64,000 nucleotides of DNA from a virus. Both the position numbers and the translations under genes were made by a program. The stretch spans positions 32,001 through 96,000 of IMG/VR virus record IMGVR_UViG_3300045988_010396; one strand, written 5' to 3'. The notes beneath the pieces are model-generated. The model saw only the letters and a program-made list of their open reading frames with translations. It had not been told where the DNA came from and did no database searches. Below, piece after piece: positions 16,930 through 27,987 of the stretch. Within the stretch, counting starts at the first letter, position 1. Every line of letters starts with the position of its first letter.

Positions 16930-18114
16930 ATGAATAGAGAAGATGCAAGAGAAGAGATATTAAGATTGACCAATAAGGCAATACTCTTGGAACTCCCAAC
17001 TGGCTATGGTAAGTCATTGATGGGTATGGACTTATGCTTGAGAGATAATCCTCAAAGAATTCTTATAGTAGTACCTAGAGTTGTTCTTATACAGAACTGG
17101 AAGAATGAGTTCAAGAAGTGGGGAAATGATGAATATCTGGATAGGGTTACATTCAGTACCTATGCTGGATTACATAAAGTTCCTAATATCCGAAGGCACT
17201 TTAACTGTGTCATACTGGATGAGGCTCATCATGTGACCCCTAGAGTCCAAGACTTGCTCACCTATATAACATATGACAAGATAATCATGTTGTCAGCTAC
17301 AGTCAAGAGAGACCTCAAGTATGACTTGAAGGATATGTTTCCTGACTTGTATTGTTATAAGGTGAACATGAAGGAAGCCATAGAGAATGAAGTCCTTCCT
17401 GACCCTATGGTCTATCTGTTACCTCTTACTCTTGATAGCAGATATAATTCAGAAAAGATAGTAAAGCATAGTAGTGGCAGAACCTCAGTAACTTGCTCCT
17501 ATAAGGATAGATGGAACTATATAAGGGACAAGAATATCAAATTGACTATTGAGTGTACTCAGCTCCAGAAGAGTATTGAATTAGACAATGAGATAAGTTT
17601 CTGGAAAGATAAGTACATGAGAACTAGGAATGAGATATTCAAGAACAAGTGGTTACATCTTGCAGGTCAGAGGTTGAAATGGTTATCAAACCTAAAGAAC
17701 CCCATTATGCTTAATCTGTTAGCTCTATTCAAGAATGAAAGAGTATTGACTTTCTGTAACTCCATAGACCAGACTATTGAACTGGGAAGGAACTGTATCA
17801 ACAGTAAGAACAAGGATGCTGTCAAGGTGCTTGAATCCTTTAATAAGGGAGAAATAAGGCACATCACCGCTTGTAATATGCTCAATGAGGGCATGAACTT
17901 GTCTAACTGTAGGATAGGTATATATGCCAATCTCAACAGTTCTGAGATAATCATCAAACAGAGACTAGGTAGAATACTTAGACATGAGAAACCAGTGATA
18001 GTGATACCTTTCTATAAGGGTACTAGGGAAGAGGAGTTAGTTGCTAAGATGCTTGAGGATTATAATCCTCAGTTAATTCATACAATAGAAAACATAACTG
18101 ATATAAAGATATGA
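16930..18114 (+). CDS. SF2 DEAH-box helicase
   Basis: motif I LPTGYGKS, motif II ILDEAHH, motif VI QRLGRILR. Confidence 0.8.
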   Translation: MNREDAREEILRLTNKAILLELPTGYGKSLMGMDLCLRDNPQRILIVVPRVVLIQNWKNEFKKWGNDEYLDRVTFSTYAGLHKVPNIRRHFNCVILDEAHHVTPRVQDLLTYITYDKIIMLSATVKRDLKYDLKDMFPDLYCYKVNMKEAIENEVLPDPMVYLLPLTLDSRYNSEKIVKHSSGRTSVTCSYKDRWNYIRDKNIKLTIECTQLQKSIELDNEISFWKDKYMRTRNEIFKNKWLHLAGQRLKWLSNLKNPIMLNLLALFKNERVLTFCNSIDQTIELGRNCINSKNKDAVKVLESFNKGEIRHITACNMLNEGMNLSNCRIGIYANLNSSEIIIKQRLGRILRHEKPVIVIPFYKGTREEELVAKMLEDYNPQLIHTIENITDIKI

Positions 18115-18512
18115 GAAATAAAGTTTTGATTCAGAAGTCCAGCTTCCATGTGGATGAGGCAAACAAGGTGGTTGTATGCACACTTGAGTGTGATATGCAG
18201 CTTGATAAGCATCCTGCTTGGAATTCTATTGATTGTAGAATGTTCAAGAATATCCCCTACGCAAACTGGTATGGCAAGTTCACTGTCAAAGCTAAAGCAA
18301 GGTGCAATGCCACAGACACATTCAGTGTTGAGACTGGCAAGAGAATTGCTGAGAGCAGGGCTAAAGCCAAGATGTTCAACGTCTCCAGCAGAATATATAA
18401 GCTTTGTTCAGATGCTCTGACAAAGTTGGCAAAGGAATGTAGTAACTCATCTGTAGCTTGTGAGCAGGCCATGATGATTGAGAATGACCATGTTCTTGAG
18501 TTAACTAGATAA
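18111..18512 (+). CDS. hypothetical protein
   Basis: 133-aa ORF, start overlaps the previous stop. Confidence 0.4.
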   Translation: MRNKVLIQKSSFHVDEANKVVVCTLECDMQLDKHPAWNSIDCRMFKNIPYANWYGKFTVKAKARCNATDTFSVETGKRIAESRAKAKMFNVSSRIYKLCSDALTKLAKECSNSSVACEQAMMIENDHVLELTR

Positions 18513-18515
18513 GGT

Positions 18516-19112
18516 ATGACAATAAGCATAAATGAGTCTGTTTGTAAGAAGAATAAGTTGAGCTTGGCAGAGCTTCTATCTATTCTCCTTATTAAGACTG
18601 GTGCTGACATACCTAAGTTATTCAAAAGTCTTGAAGAGAAGGAAATCATAGTCAAGGATGTATTTGGTGGTTATATGATAACTCAGAGATGGGATGATGT
18701 AGCCTCCACTATACTCCTTGATTCTGACAAGGACAGTCAGCCATCAGAGAGACTTGAGAACTTAGCTGTACAACTGGCTGAAATATTCCCCAAAGGGAAA
18801 AAGGCAGGCACTTGCCATTATTTCAGAGGTAATAAGAAAGATACTATACTCCGATTGAAGAAGTTTTTCAAGAGGTATGGTAATAAGTTCACAGATGAAC
18901 AGATACTAGAGGCTGCTAGAAGCTATGTAGCTTCCTTCAATGGTAACTATCACTATATGAGAGTATTGAAGTACTTTATATGGAAAGATGCCAAGAAGGA
19001 GGATGCAGATGGTAATCTGTATGTGGATGAAACATCTGACTTAGCGACCCTGATTGAAAATGCAGGTGCTATTGATTCCATTAAAGAGGATTGGACTACT
19101 AGCTTGAATTGA
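18516..19112 (+). CDS. hypothetical protein
   Basis: 198-aa ORF. Confidence 0.4.
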   Translation: MTISINESVCKKNKLSLAELLSILLIKTGADIPKLFKSLEEKEIIVKDVFGGYMITQRWDDVASTILLDSDKDSQPSERLENLAVQLAEIFPKGKKAGTCHYFRGNKKDTILRLKKFFKRYGNKFTDEQILEAARSYVASFNGNYHYMRVLKYFIWKDAKKEDADGNLYVDETSDLATLIENAGAIDSIKEDWTTSLN

Positions 19113-19113
19113 T

Positions 19114-20337
19114 ATGGATGTATTTGACAGGTCAATAGAGAAGCTCAAAGTCAGGAGACAAAGGATATTGGATGGGCAGATTAACTGTATTCCATTGCCT
19201 TTCCCTAGATTGAGAACCTGGTTGCCAGGTATTGAGAAAAGAAGATATACTATAGTTACTGCAAACCAGAAGATAGGTAAGTCAAAGCTAAGTGACTATC
19301 TGTATGTCTATGAGCCTTTCTTCTATATGATAGAACATCCTGACCAATTAAGGTTCAAGGTGCTTTACTTCACTCTTGAAATGGGAAAGGAAGAGAAGTT
19401 CTATGAGTTTCTCTGCCACCTGTTATATAGGTTGGATAACATAAGGATAAGTCCTACCAACCTTAAGAGTACAAATGCTGACAATCCTTGTCCTGAGCAT
19501 ATACTTGAACTCATTGAGAGTGAGAGGTATCAGGAGTATATAAGGAAGTTCAAGGAGACTGTCATCTATATAGATGATATAAGGAATCCTACTGGTATCT
19601 ATAAGAGAATCAGGGGGTTTATGCTTGAGAGAGGTCAGTTCCACTACAAGAAAGGTACTATTAAGGATGAGAATGGCCTTCCTATGGAGGTAGATGTCAT
19701 TGATTACTTTGAGCACACTGATGAAGATGAGTATATAGAGGTAATCCTTGATAACTATTCCAATCTTATGCAAGAGCAAGGTATGGATAAGAGAGCTACC
19801 ATTGAGAAGATGAGTAAGTATGCCATTGAACTCAGGGATAAGTTTGATATTCATTTCTGTGCTATCCAGCATCAGGCTCAAGCTCAGGAAGGTATTGAGA
19901 ATCAAAAGCTCAATAAGCTATATCCATCATCAGATGGTTTGGCTGACTGTAAGACCACCACTAGAGATGCCAATCTGGTATTAGGTCTGTTCAGTCCGTT
20001 CAAGTATGGACTTACAGAATATGAGAAGTACGACATAACCAGATTCAAGAACAACATCAGGTTCTTGATAGTCATTGAAGATAGGGACAATGGTGCTGGT
20101 GGCCAGGTATGCCCACTACTCTTTGATGGTGAGGTAAGTAACTTCTGTGAATTACCTCTTCCTGACAATAAGAGGGAGATTGAGTCAGCACTACAGTATG
20201 TAGAGCAAGTCATAAGAAAGAGGGCTACTCTAGTATTTATGATGTTCACAAGAGAGTTCTCAAGAGAAAAAAGAAAAGTAGTTAAAGGCTTGCACAGATG
20301 GTTCAATAGAAGTATCTTTGCAAGCAGAAACAAGTAA
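19114..20337 (+). CDS. DnaB-like replicative helicase (RecA-fold C-terminal domain)
   Basis: Walker A TANQKIGKS (H1) and YFTLEMGKEE (DnaB H1a FSLEM motif). Confidence 0.65.
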   Translation: MDVFDRSIEKLKVRRQRILDGQINCIPLPFPRLRTWLPGIEKRRYTIVTANQKIGKSKLSDYLYVYEPFFYMIEHPDQLRFKVLYFTLEMGKEEKFYEFLCHLLYRLDNIRISPTNLKSTNADNPCPEHILELIESERYQEYIRKFKETVIYIDDIRNPTGIYKRIRGFMLERGQFHYKKGTIKDENGLPMEVDVIDYFEHTDEDEYIEVILDNYSNLMQEQGMDKRATIEKMSKYAIELRDKFDIHFCAIQHQAQAQEGIENQKLNKLYPSSDGLADCKTTTRDANLVLGLFSPFKYGLTEYEKYDITRFKNNIRFLIVIEDRDNGAGGQVCPLLFDGEVSNFCELPLPDNKREIESALQYVEQVIRKRATLVFMMFTREFSREKRKVVKGLHRWFNRSIFASRNK

Positions 20338-20343
20338 AAGCAA

Positions 20344-20874
20344 ATGGCAAAAGCATTGATTTTAGCTAAGACTGGGTTTGGTAAATCCAGTTCACTGGTT
20401 GGTGTACCCTCTGCTGGTATATTAGGCTTGGACCCTAAGGAGACTTATCTCCTTAGCTGTGTTAATAAGCCTCTGCCTATCAAGGGTGCATCTAAGATTT
20501 ATGTGCCTATACCTATGCAGGGTATTACTCCTGCTAACTTAGGTTCAGTCATAGGTAAGGGCAACAGGATTATCACCAAGGATGCCAAGATTGTAGCTGC
20601 TGCTATAGAGTTGCTAATCAATTCACCCTTCAAGAACATAGTAGTTGATGATATGAACTATCTATCGCAGGACTACTATATGAAGAATGCCATGAAAGGT
20701 GGTTGGGACACTCCTAAGCAGATAGGTTACAATATGGGTCTTATCTTTGACCAGATTGACAATGTGCCTGAGGATAAGAACATTATCTGTATGGCTCACT
20801 TTGAGACCTACAAGGATAAGAATGGTGACTCCATCTCTTACAAGTACAAATCAACTGGTAACATGGTAGCATAA
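20344..20874 (+). CDS. small P-loop protein
   Basis: N-terminal AKTGFGKSS Walker-A-like motif. Confidence 0.35.
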   Translation: MAKALILAKTGFGKSSSLVGVPSAGILGLDPKETYLLSCVNKPLPIKGASKIYVPIPMQGITPANLGSVIGKGNRIITKDAKIVAAAIELLINSPFKNIVVDDMNYLSQDYYMKNAMKGGWDTPKQIGYNMGLIFDQIDNVPEDKNIICMAHFETYKDKNGDSISYKYKSTGNMVA

Positions 20875-21084
20875 CATCTGCCATTATCTATCTAATTGCT
20901 GGAACACCCTAAAGACAACTGAACTACAAAGTAATTGGTAACAATAAGCTTGAATGTTTGAAAATCAGTTGTATTCTTAGTGATGGAGAAATGGGCAATC
21001 AGCAGCCAAGGGACTCTACGAGTTCAAGGTTCATCGACTATCCCCTGTTGTGGGGGAGTACATTTATAAAGTAATCAATTATAT

Positions 21085-21699
21085 TTGGAAATGGTAGACA
21101 ATAGAGAAGTACACATTTATGCATTAAGACATCCTGATACCTTAGAAATAAGGTATGTCGGTAAAACAGTGAGAAAATTAAGTAGAAGGTTAGGGAATCA
21201 TATTGCAAATGCTAAAGGTAACCAGCACAATAAGCATTTAAGTAATTGGATTCTTAATATCTTGAAGGAAAATAAGAAACCTGTAATAGAACTCTTGGAA
21301 ACTTGTCAAAGTAATAACTGGCAAGAAAGAGAGCAATATTGGATTTCTCAATTTCCTAATCTGATAAATCTCACTGCTGGAGGAGATGGATGTGTAGGTT
21401 TTATTCATGATTCTAAAGCTATAGAAAAGATTAGACAATCTAAATTTGGTACTAAACATTCTGTAGAATTTAAGGAAGCTATGAGTAAAAGGCTTAAAGG
21501 TGTGCCTCTTAGTGAAGAACATAAAAGTAAAATAGGTTTAGCTAATAAGGGAAGGAAGGCTTCGGAAACTGCAAGAAAGAGGCTATCAGAATCCCACAAA
21601 GGTATTACTCAGAGTGAGGAATCCAAAAGAAAAAGAAGTGAATCTATTAAACTTTGGTGGACTAAGAGAAAGTCTATTGAAGATATAGTCAAATCTTAA
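21085..21699 (+). CDS. GIY-YIG homing endonuclease
   Basis: HIYAL...IRYVGKT...R...N (GIY-YIG) with C-terminal K/R-rich NUMOD-like repeats. Confidence 0.75.
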   Translation: MEMVDNREVHIYALRHPDTLEIRYVGKTVRKLSRRLGNHIANAKGNQHNKHLSNWILNILKENKKPVIELLETCQSNNWQEREQYWISQFPNLINLTAGGDGCVGFIHDSKAIEKIRQSKFGTKHSVEFKEAMSKRLKGVPLSEEHKSKIGLANKGRKASETARKRLSESHKGITQSEESKRKRSESIKLWWTKRKSIEDIVKS

Positions 21700-21972
21700 T
21701 GGAAACATTAAGGAGGTATAGTAGAGTGATTAACTATAATAGTTATACCTCATTAAATGGGATGAATACATCACACCTGAAGGTAAGTTTGAGACTGTAC
21801 TCTTTGGAAAGATGTCATGGGATGATACAGCTAAGGTAGCTGTAAGGCAGTTTGTAACCAATAATGATGGTGAATATCCTGCCAAAAGTCCTGTTGGTAT
21901 GTTTGAATCCCTGTATATTCCTAATGACTTGGGTATAGTAGCTCAGAAGATGCAGGAGTATTATGAGGGAGA

Positions 21973-22263
21973 ATGACCAGAGAGGAAGTAATCAGGTTAA
22001 GCTATGCATATGCAGCTAGCAATGGCAACCTGAATAGTAATGATACAAGTGTATTGCTACTATCATATTGCTTGGAAAATGGGAAACCTTATACAGAAAG
22101 TGCAAGGTTTGTGATGTGCTTGAGCAGAAGACCTGTGCTTCTTGCTTATTGTATATCCTATGCTCTTATGTGGTATGAGAAAAAATATGCCATATGTAAG
22201 CTGTATTCAGCACCCGACACTAGGGCATTTGGTAATGGGAGAAGAATAATCTTAATATATTAA
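21973..22263 (+). CDS. hypothetical protein
   Basis: 96-aa ORF. Confidence 0.3.
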   Translation: MTREEVIRLSYAYAASNGNLNSNDTSVLLLSYCLENGKPYTESARFVMCLSRRPVLLAYCISYALMWYEKKYAICKLYSAPDTRAFGNGRRIILIY

Positions 22264-22268
22264 GTAAA

Positions 22269-22739
22269 ATGAAAGAGTTAAGCAAATTTGAGATTGCAGC
22301 CATCAGAAGGACTGCACAGAATGTGAATGCAATGGTCACTAAGAAGACCAAGTTGAAAGAGAAGATTGATGCACTTCAAGCTGAATATGACCAGCTTGAA
22401 GAGGCACAGGAGCAGTTTGAAGTGCCCATCAGAAAGATGACTGGTGGTTATGGTACTGAGGACCTCATAGTGAAGGTGATTGAGGACACTGGTAAGCTGG
22501 ATAAGGATGGTAAGCCTGTCAAGCTGGCTAAGTATGTCTTGAAGTACCCCGACACTATCCTTCCTCCTGCTATGGATGGTGGTGATGGTGTAGTGGATGA
22601 CACTGAGAAGGCTCCTGAGGTTGAAGTGCCTGCAGAGGATGCAGTAGCTATTGCTGCCTCAGTAGAATCTCCTCTTGCTCCTGCTATGGAGGACAAAGAG
22701 CAGGGTACAGGCCCCAGTGACCTTCCCTTTATGAACTAA
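22269..22739 (+). CDS. acidic hypothetical protein
   Basis: 156 aa, D/E/P/A-rich C-terminus. Confidence 0.4.
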   Translation: MKELSKFEIAAIRRTAQNVNAMVTKKTKLKEKIDALQAEYDQLEEAQEQFEVPIRKMTGGYGTEDLIVKVIEDTGKLDKDGKPVKLAKYVLKYPDTILPPAMDGGDGVVDDTEKAPEVEVPAEDAVAIAASVESPLAPAMEDKEQGTGPSDLPFMN

Positions 22740-22760
22740 TCAAACAAGAAGTAAGCAAGT

Positions 22761-23705
22761 ATGAAAGAACATAATGCAGTATTTATGGCATTTGCACAGG
22801 GCAGTGAGTCTAGGGAAGTTGTAAGAAAGCTGTACGTTGGTATAGCTCCTGTCTTTGTGTTGGCTGTCAACCCTAGTAAGGAAGAGACAGAGAAGCTCTA
22901 TAACACAGAGCTTGATGAAGCTCCTAACTATCTGAGTGAGGCTGAGATTGGCCCAGAAGGTAATAAGTCTAAAGTGCCTCAGGCAAGAATAGACTTTGTA
23001 GTTAAGTCAGACCCTAAAAATTGTAATGGAATTGAGATGCTCACCAGAGTAACTTTCTTCCTCAACAAGGCTTATAGGTATAACAAGGATAACACCAAGG
23101 TTGAGGTAATCAATAAGTATGGTGAGACTACTTGGTTGCCTATCAATGCTGCTAAAGGTACTGAACCTATTCCTGACAACATGAAGTGGTATGACACTTC
23201 CGATATGAGACCTGCCTATATCGGTGAGTCAGAACTTACTGACTTCATCAAGAAGTACCTGAACATTCCAAACAAGTCATTTACTAACCCTAAGACCAAG
23301 GAGGTTAAGTTTATTCCTAACTTAGCTGATGCTGAGGCTAGACTTGACAAGATTGAGAACTACTTCAAGGGTGACTTCACTGAGTTGAAGAACATCATCA
23401 AGTTGCAGCCCAACAACAGGGTTAAGGGCATGTTTGGTGTAAGAACTACTGATGATAATAAGCAGTACCAGGCTGTTTATACTCAGAAGTTCCTGAAACT
23501 CAATGTCACAGACTACAGTAAACTTGATGAGGAGATGCAGAACAGAAAGGCTGCTGGAGCATATCCTACAACTGAGTTCAGCATTGAACCTCTGCATGAG
23601 TACAATGTAGCTGCAACTGATTTCAATTCACCTGAGAATGACCCATTGGGTGCAGGTTCAGCACCTACAAGTACTCCTTGGGATGCTTGGGGTGGTAACA
23701 AATAA
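22761..23705 (+). CDS. hypothetical protein
   Basis: 314-aa ORF. Confidence 0.45.
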   Translation: MKEHNAVFMAFAQGSESREVVRKLYVGIAPVFVLAVNPSKEETEKLYNTELDEAPNYLSEAEIGPEGNKSKVPQARIDFVVKSDPKNCNGIEMLTRVTFFLNKAYRYNKDNTKVEVINKYGETTWLPINAAKGTEPIPDNMKWYDTSDMRPAYIGESELTDFIKKYLNIPNKSFTNPKTKEVKFIPNLADAEARLDKIENYFKGDFTELKNIIKLQPNNRVKGMFGVRTTDDNKQYQAVYTQKFLKLNVTDYSKLDEEMQNRKAAGAYPTTEFSIEPLHEYNVAATDFNSPENDPLGAGSAPTSTPWDAWGGNK

Positions 23706-23737
23706 TGACTGATTAACTCTATAAAACTATTAGACTG

Positions 23738-24739
23738 ATGGCATTTGGTAACGGAGAGCATAGCATTACCCTAGAAGATGTCCTAGCAAGAACTACGGAA
23801 TTTGGCATACTATACCATTATTTCAATGTAAGTGAGCTGCCCACTGTAATACATTCACCTTTAAGGCATGACAGCAGACCTTCATTTGGTCTATATACAT
23901 TGGATGGTAAGAGGGTACATTACACTGACTTAGCCACTAAGGATAGAGGTGGATTGTTTGATTTGCTTATGAAGTATTGGGGGGAGAGCTACAAAGATAT
24001 GCTTAATCATCTTTGGAAGGATTTACCCAGTTTCTCCAATGCCAATGTCCAGTTTAATAGTATGAAGAGTGAGAGGTCTTACCAGTACCAGTCTCTCAAG
24101 TCAAGGAGCATAGACCTTCAATGTAAGGTCAGAGAGTGGAGGGATTATGATATAGAATACTGGGCTTCTTATGGTATATCACTAGAGTGGCTCAAGTATG
24201 CTGACATATATCCCATATCACATAAGATTGTAATTAGGGAGGGCCAAAGATATGTGTTTGGAGCTGATAAATATGCCTATGCCTATATAGAAAGGAAAGA
24301 GGGTAAAGTGACCCTCAAGATATACCAACCTTACAATAAAGGTGGGTACAAGTGGAGCAACAGACATGACAGGAGTGTCATATCACTTTGGACTAAAGTA
24401 CCTGAGTATGGAGATAGAATCTGCATATGTTCATCCATGAAGGATGCCTTGTGCTTATGGGCTAACACAGGAATACCTGCGTTAGCTATTCAAGGGGAGG
24501 GCTATGGTATGAGTGATACTGCTATTGGTGAACTCAAAAGGAGATATAGTCATATCTATATACTACTGGACAATGATGAAGCTGGACTGCAAGATGCGGT
24601 AAAACTGTCAGAGTCTACTGGATTCACCAATATAGTATTACCAAAAGTGAATGATGCTAAAGACATCAGTGATTTATACAAATCCCTTCAAGACCCTAAT
24701 AGGTTTAGAGGTATTATTATGCCCTTATTTAAGAATTAA
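23738..24739 (+). CDS. DNA primase (DnaG-like, Toprim)
   Basis: N-terminal SPLRHDSRPSF (degenerate zinc-binding CPFH..PSF) and Toprim YILLDNDEAG. Confidence 0.7.
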   Translation: MAFGNGEHSITLEDVLARTTEFGILYHYFNVSELPTVIHSPLRHDSRPSFGLYTLDGKRVHYTDLATKDRGGLFDLLMKYWGESYKDMLNHLWKDLPSFSNANVQFNSMKSERSYQYQSLKSRSIDLQCKVREWRDYDIEYWASYGISLEWLKYADIYPISHKIVIREGQRYVFGADKYAYAYIERKEGKVTLKIYQPYNKGGYKWSNRHDRSVISLWTKVPEYGDRICICSSMKDALCLWANTGIPALAIQGEGYGMSDTAIGELKRRYSHIYILLDNDEAGLQDAVKLSESTGFTNIVLPKVNDAKDISDLYKSLQDPNRFRGIIMPLFKN

Positions 24740-24790
24740 GGTTTTTCAAGATAACATTAACAAAAGTTTTAACATTTAACATTTCAAATT

Positions 24791-25468
24791 ATGGAGACAC
24801 GTAAAGTAACCATCATCAATTCAAAGACCCAGAGCCAGAAAGTAATTCAGGACTCTAAGGCTACAACTCTCGGTGAACTCAAGCAGGAAATGAGGGAGAG
24901 AGGTATTGACTACACAGGTATGACTTTCTTTGAAGGTCACATGAGAGCTGAACTCAAGGATGATGCAGCTCCCCTGCCTGCTAACATACCCTATAAGGGT
25001 CAGGTAGTCAATGACTTGACATTCATGTTGACTGCACCTGAGAAGAAGGTTAAGTCAGGTGCTATGTCAAGAGCAGAAGCCTATGCAGAAATCAAGAAGA
25101 AGGGCTTGCAGGGTGCTTGTGTTAGTATGTTCGGTAAGAATTTCACACAGTGTTCCACTGCTGACCTTATCTCTTTGATTGAGAAGAACTCTGCTAAGGC
25201 AGCTCCTGCACCCAAAGCTGAGAAGCCTATAGAGGCAGCAGCTCCTGCAAAGAAGGAGGAAGCTTCTATAGCACCTGAAACTCCTGCTACTGGCTGTAAC
25301 TGTTCAAAGGCTATTGCCATTCTCGCAGAAGCACTATATGATAATGATACCATTGAGGGGGAGACCTATGACGCAATCATGGCTACTCTCAAGGGTGGTT
25401 CTTACAGTGCACCTGAGAAGATGAGCAAGAAGGAGATTGATACTATGTTTGACTTTGTGGAAAGATAA
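24791..25468 (+). CDS. hypothetical protein with Ala/Pro/Lys-rich linker
   Basis: 225-aa ORF. Confidence 0.4.
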   Translation: METRKVTIINSKTQSQKVIQDSKATTLGELKQEMRERGIDYTGMTFFEGHMRAELKDDAAPLPANIPYKGQVVNDLTFMLTAPEKKVKSGAMSRAEAYAEIKKKGLQGACVSMFGKNFTQCSTADLISLIEKNSAKAAPAPKAEKPIEAAAPAKKEEASIAPETPATGCNCSKAIAILAEALYDNDTIEGETYDAIMATLKGGSYSAPEKMSKKEIDTMFDFVER

Positions 25469-25487
25469 GGTCAGATTGGATAACACA

Positions 25488-25529
25488 GTGAAGGGTGAGT
25501 AGTATACTTGCCTTTCACTTTTTTTTTTA
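25488..25529 (+). terminator. Rho-independent terminator
   Basis: AGTGAAGGG...CCTTTCACT hairpin followed by T10. Confidence 0.6.
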
Positions 25530-26853
25530 TACAAGTATGAATGAAGAAATGACTAACAAGGCAAGGGAGTTATATGATAATATCATGTACTTTCCTAATA
25601 AGGTTCTTAGTATATTCAATGACTTCTTTGGAGAGCAGAGAATAGATATGCAGGGGTTCTGGAGCTTTGAAGAGTTCCTATATTCAATATCTGAGAACAG
25701 GCTCAGTTTTTTCTTCTCTAACAGAGGTGCTGTACTTAGTAGCCCAGAGTTCCAAAGTACCAGTAAAGAGAATAAAGCTATTATAGAAGATATGCTTGAT
25801 AATGGTGCTTTGGATAATACTGTACTCAGTGATGAGGCACTTGCCACATATTTCCTGCCTATAATGACTACTGCTGTATTGCAGCATGTTCCACGAGGGT
25901 TCATTCTTGTGCATTTCCCTCATGTAAGGGTTACTAATGAGCATGATAAATTTGTGGATATAAGTCACCTATGGGTTAAAGTACATATAAAGGCAAATGG
26001 CGCAGGCACAGGTTACTTTGGTGTGAATAGGAGTGAGTATGAACTCTCTCATATGAAAGCAGACTATATGCATAGTCATGTTCCTGGTATTCCATTCGGT
26101 GGGTTTACTAGTTTTATGTCTCCTTGTTTAGGCAGTGGACCCATCAGAAATACAGTAGCTACTCTTGCAATGGGATATGATGAAGCTATGTGGCAGTTGT
26201 TCTGTCTTGAACTGGACAAGTATGTTAGAGTTGAGAGTCTCTCTGGAGTACCTCATAGGTATCTGGAGAGGATAGGCAATGGTAGGGGCATGACTAATGG
26301 AGAAACCCATTTCTCCATGAAATCTAATACATTCAATGACTATAGTAACATATTCTCTAAGGAGGATATGAAAGACTTTGTAGAGCACCTGATAAGAGGC
26401 AAGAAGCTTAAATTTAACTTTATAAGAGGAAGCTATGGTTTTGCAATGTCCTATCTTGACTATAGAATACTCATCAGTAATGAGTTCATCGAGTGGTATA
26501 ATCTGAGATATAACTTAGGAAAATCTACTTCAAGTTATGATAACTTTATCAGTAAAGGAATACTGAAAGAATGTATCATCAACAATGGTAAGATACAATA
26601 TTTTAGGAACAATACTGATAATGGTAGAAACTATTATAGATATGAAGGAGCTAATGTATGTACATTCAAGGGTAAACCCATCAATATACATATAGTAGAC
26701 AGTTCCTGTGATACTCTTAACAAGACAGTGTTGGTCAATGCAGGTATTGCTGAGGAAATAGCAAAGGCAGTACTTACAATAGTAAATTACAAGTATGGAA
26801 GAGAAGAAAGAGGAGAAGAAGCTGGAATTGGTACACCAGCAATCTATCTATAA
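25495..26853 (+). CDS. hypothetical protein (true start probably the ATG at about 25537, MNEEMTNK...)
   Basis: 452-aa ORF; the listed upstream start lies inside the terminator T-run. Confidence 0.45.
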   Translation: MSSILAFHFFFYTSMNEEMTNKARELYDNIMYFPNKVLSIFNDFFGEQRIDMQGFWSFEEFLYSISENRLSFFFSNRGAVLSSPEFQSTSKENKAIIEDMLDNGALDNTVLSDEALATYFLPIMTTAVLQHVPRGFILVHFPHVRVTNEHDKFVDISHLWVKVHIKANGAGTGYFGVNRSEYELSHMKADYMHSHVPGIPFGGFTSFMSPCLGSGPIRNTVATLAMGYDEAMWQLFCLELDKYVRVESLSGVPHRYLERIGNGRGMTNGETHFSMKSNTFNDYSNIFSKEDMKDFVEHLIRGKKLKFNFIRGSYGFAMSYLDYRILISNEFIEWYNLRYNLGKSTSSYDNFISKGILKECIINNGKIQYFRNNTDNGRNYYRYEGANVCTFKGKPINIHIVDSSCDTLNKTVLVNAGIAEEIAKAVLTIVNYKYGREERGEEAGIGTPAIYL

Positions 26854-27985
26854 GATGATAATCCCTCAGGAAGTTGAGAAGAAGATAAGACTTCTGTGCA
26901 GGGAGATACATAGTGTGGAATGGTCTGGAGTGCTATTCTACAAGGTAAGTGGTTCATTTGAGGATAAGTCACTGACAATTACTTGTGTAGACTTATTTCA
27001 GATGGATGAAGGTACTGGAGGATATACTGAATATGATATGTCTCCAGATGTCTCAGGTTATATGGTAGACCATCCTGAGCTGCTTGATGCTGATATATAT
27101 CAAGGACTTATCCATAGTCATAACAACATGGCGACGTTTTTCAGTGGTACTGATACAGCCACTCTACAGTCAGAGGGTAGTGACATGAACCACTTTGTGT
27201 CACTGATTGTAAACAATGCTGGTAAATATACAGCAGGGGTGACTAGAAAGGCTAAGCTCAAACAGACAGTCAATGAGGAGTTCACATATCCCACATGGAG
27301 GGATGAGAGTGTATCTGGCAATAGAACCTTTATAGTAGAAAAGGAGTACATCCAATGGTTCAATCTTGACATTGAAATTGAAGGAGTCTGCAATGACTTT
27401 GAAACTGAGATGCTTGAAAGGATTAAGGAGATTAGGACTAATAAAGCCAGCTCTAGGAAAAGTGCTATCAATGTTAGAAGCCCTTATATTAGCTCAAATT
27501 ATGGAGGACCAATAGGTTCCTATGGTAGCCCCAGAGGATATACAATACCTGCTGATCCAGCCAACACTACTCCTATCAAGAAAGAGGTTAAGCAATCTAC
27601 ACTCTTTGGTGATAGTGATGAGGAGTTTATGGACTATGAGAAGTTCAAGCTCAGTGATGAGATAGTGGACTGGGTGGTCAAGCAGACCATCACTTGTAGT
27701 GTAATCATTCCTAACTCTAGTAATATTGACATAGAGAAGTGGGCTAGGTCTATGGATTCTCTGTATAAAAAGAGATTCACAGACAAGAAGGAGTTTGAAG
27801 CCTTTGCATCAAACTTTGTGGACTTTGTGGTTACCTATACAGAAGACCCAGAGGCTGCTGCCTTCTTGGATTCTACAGAGATGGCTGCTGTATTGGCTTA
27901 TCAAGTAAAAGAGAGACTAAGCTCCCTGCCTAAGAATGAGTGGCTGGATGCTTGGATTAAATTGTATGATGATTATATACTATAA
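26795..27985 (+). CDS. JAB/MPN (JAMM) metalloprotease-domain protein
   Basis: E...HSHNNMATFFSGTD = H-x-H-x7-S-x2-D JAMM motif. Confidence 0.7.
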   Translation: MEEKKEEKKLELVHQQSIYKMIIPQEVEKKIRLLCREIHSVEWSGVLFYKVSGSFEDKSLTITCVDLFQMDEGTGGYTEYDMSPDVSGYMVDHPELLDADIYQGLIHSHNNMATFFSGTDTATLQSEGSDMNHFVSLIVNNAGKYTAGVTRKAKLKQTVNEEFTYPTWRDESVSGNRTFIVEKEYIQWFNLDIEIEGVCNDFETEMLERIKEIRTNKASSRKSAINVRSPYISSNYGGPIGSYGSPRGYTIPADPANTTPIKKEVKQSTLFGDSDEEFMDYEKFKLSDEIVDWVVKQTITCSVIIPNSSNIDIEKWARSMDSLYKKRFTDKKEFEAFASNFVDFVVTYTEDPEAAAFLDSTEMAAVLAYQVKERLSSLPKNEWLDAWIKLYDDYIL

Positions 27986-27987
27986 GT

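Noticed and set aside
21700-21972. Possible downstream exon or split gene after the GIY-YIG endonuclease
   Set aside because: The short ORF there has no start codon in frame and shows no continuity with the upstream P-loop gene, so the GIY-YIG gene is treated as free-standing.
25495-25536. Annotated start of ORF 25495 (MSSILAFHFFFYTS...)
   Set aside because: The first 14 codons translate the terminator hairpin and T-run. The true start is more likely the ATG at about 25537 (MNEEMTNK).
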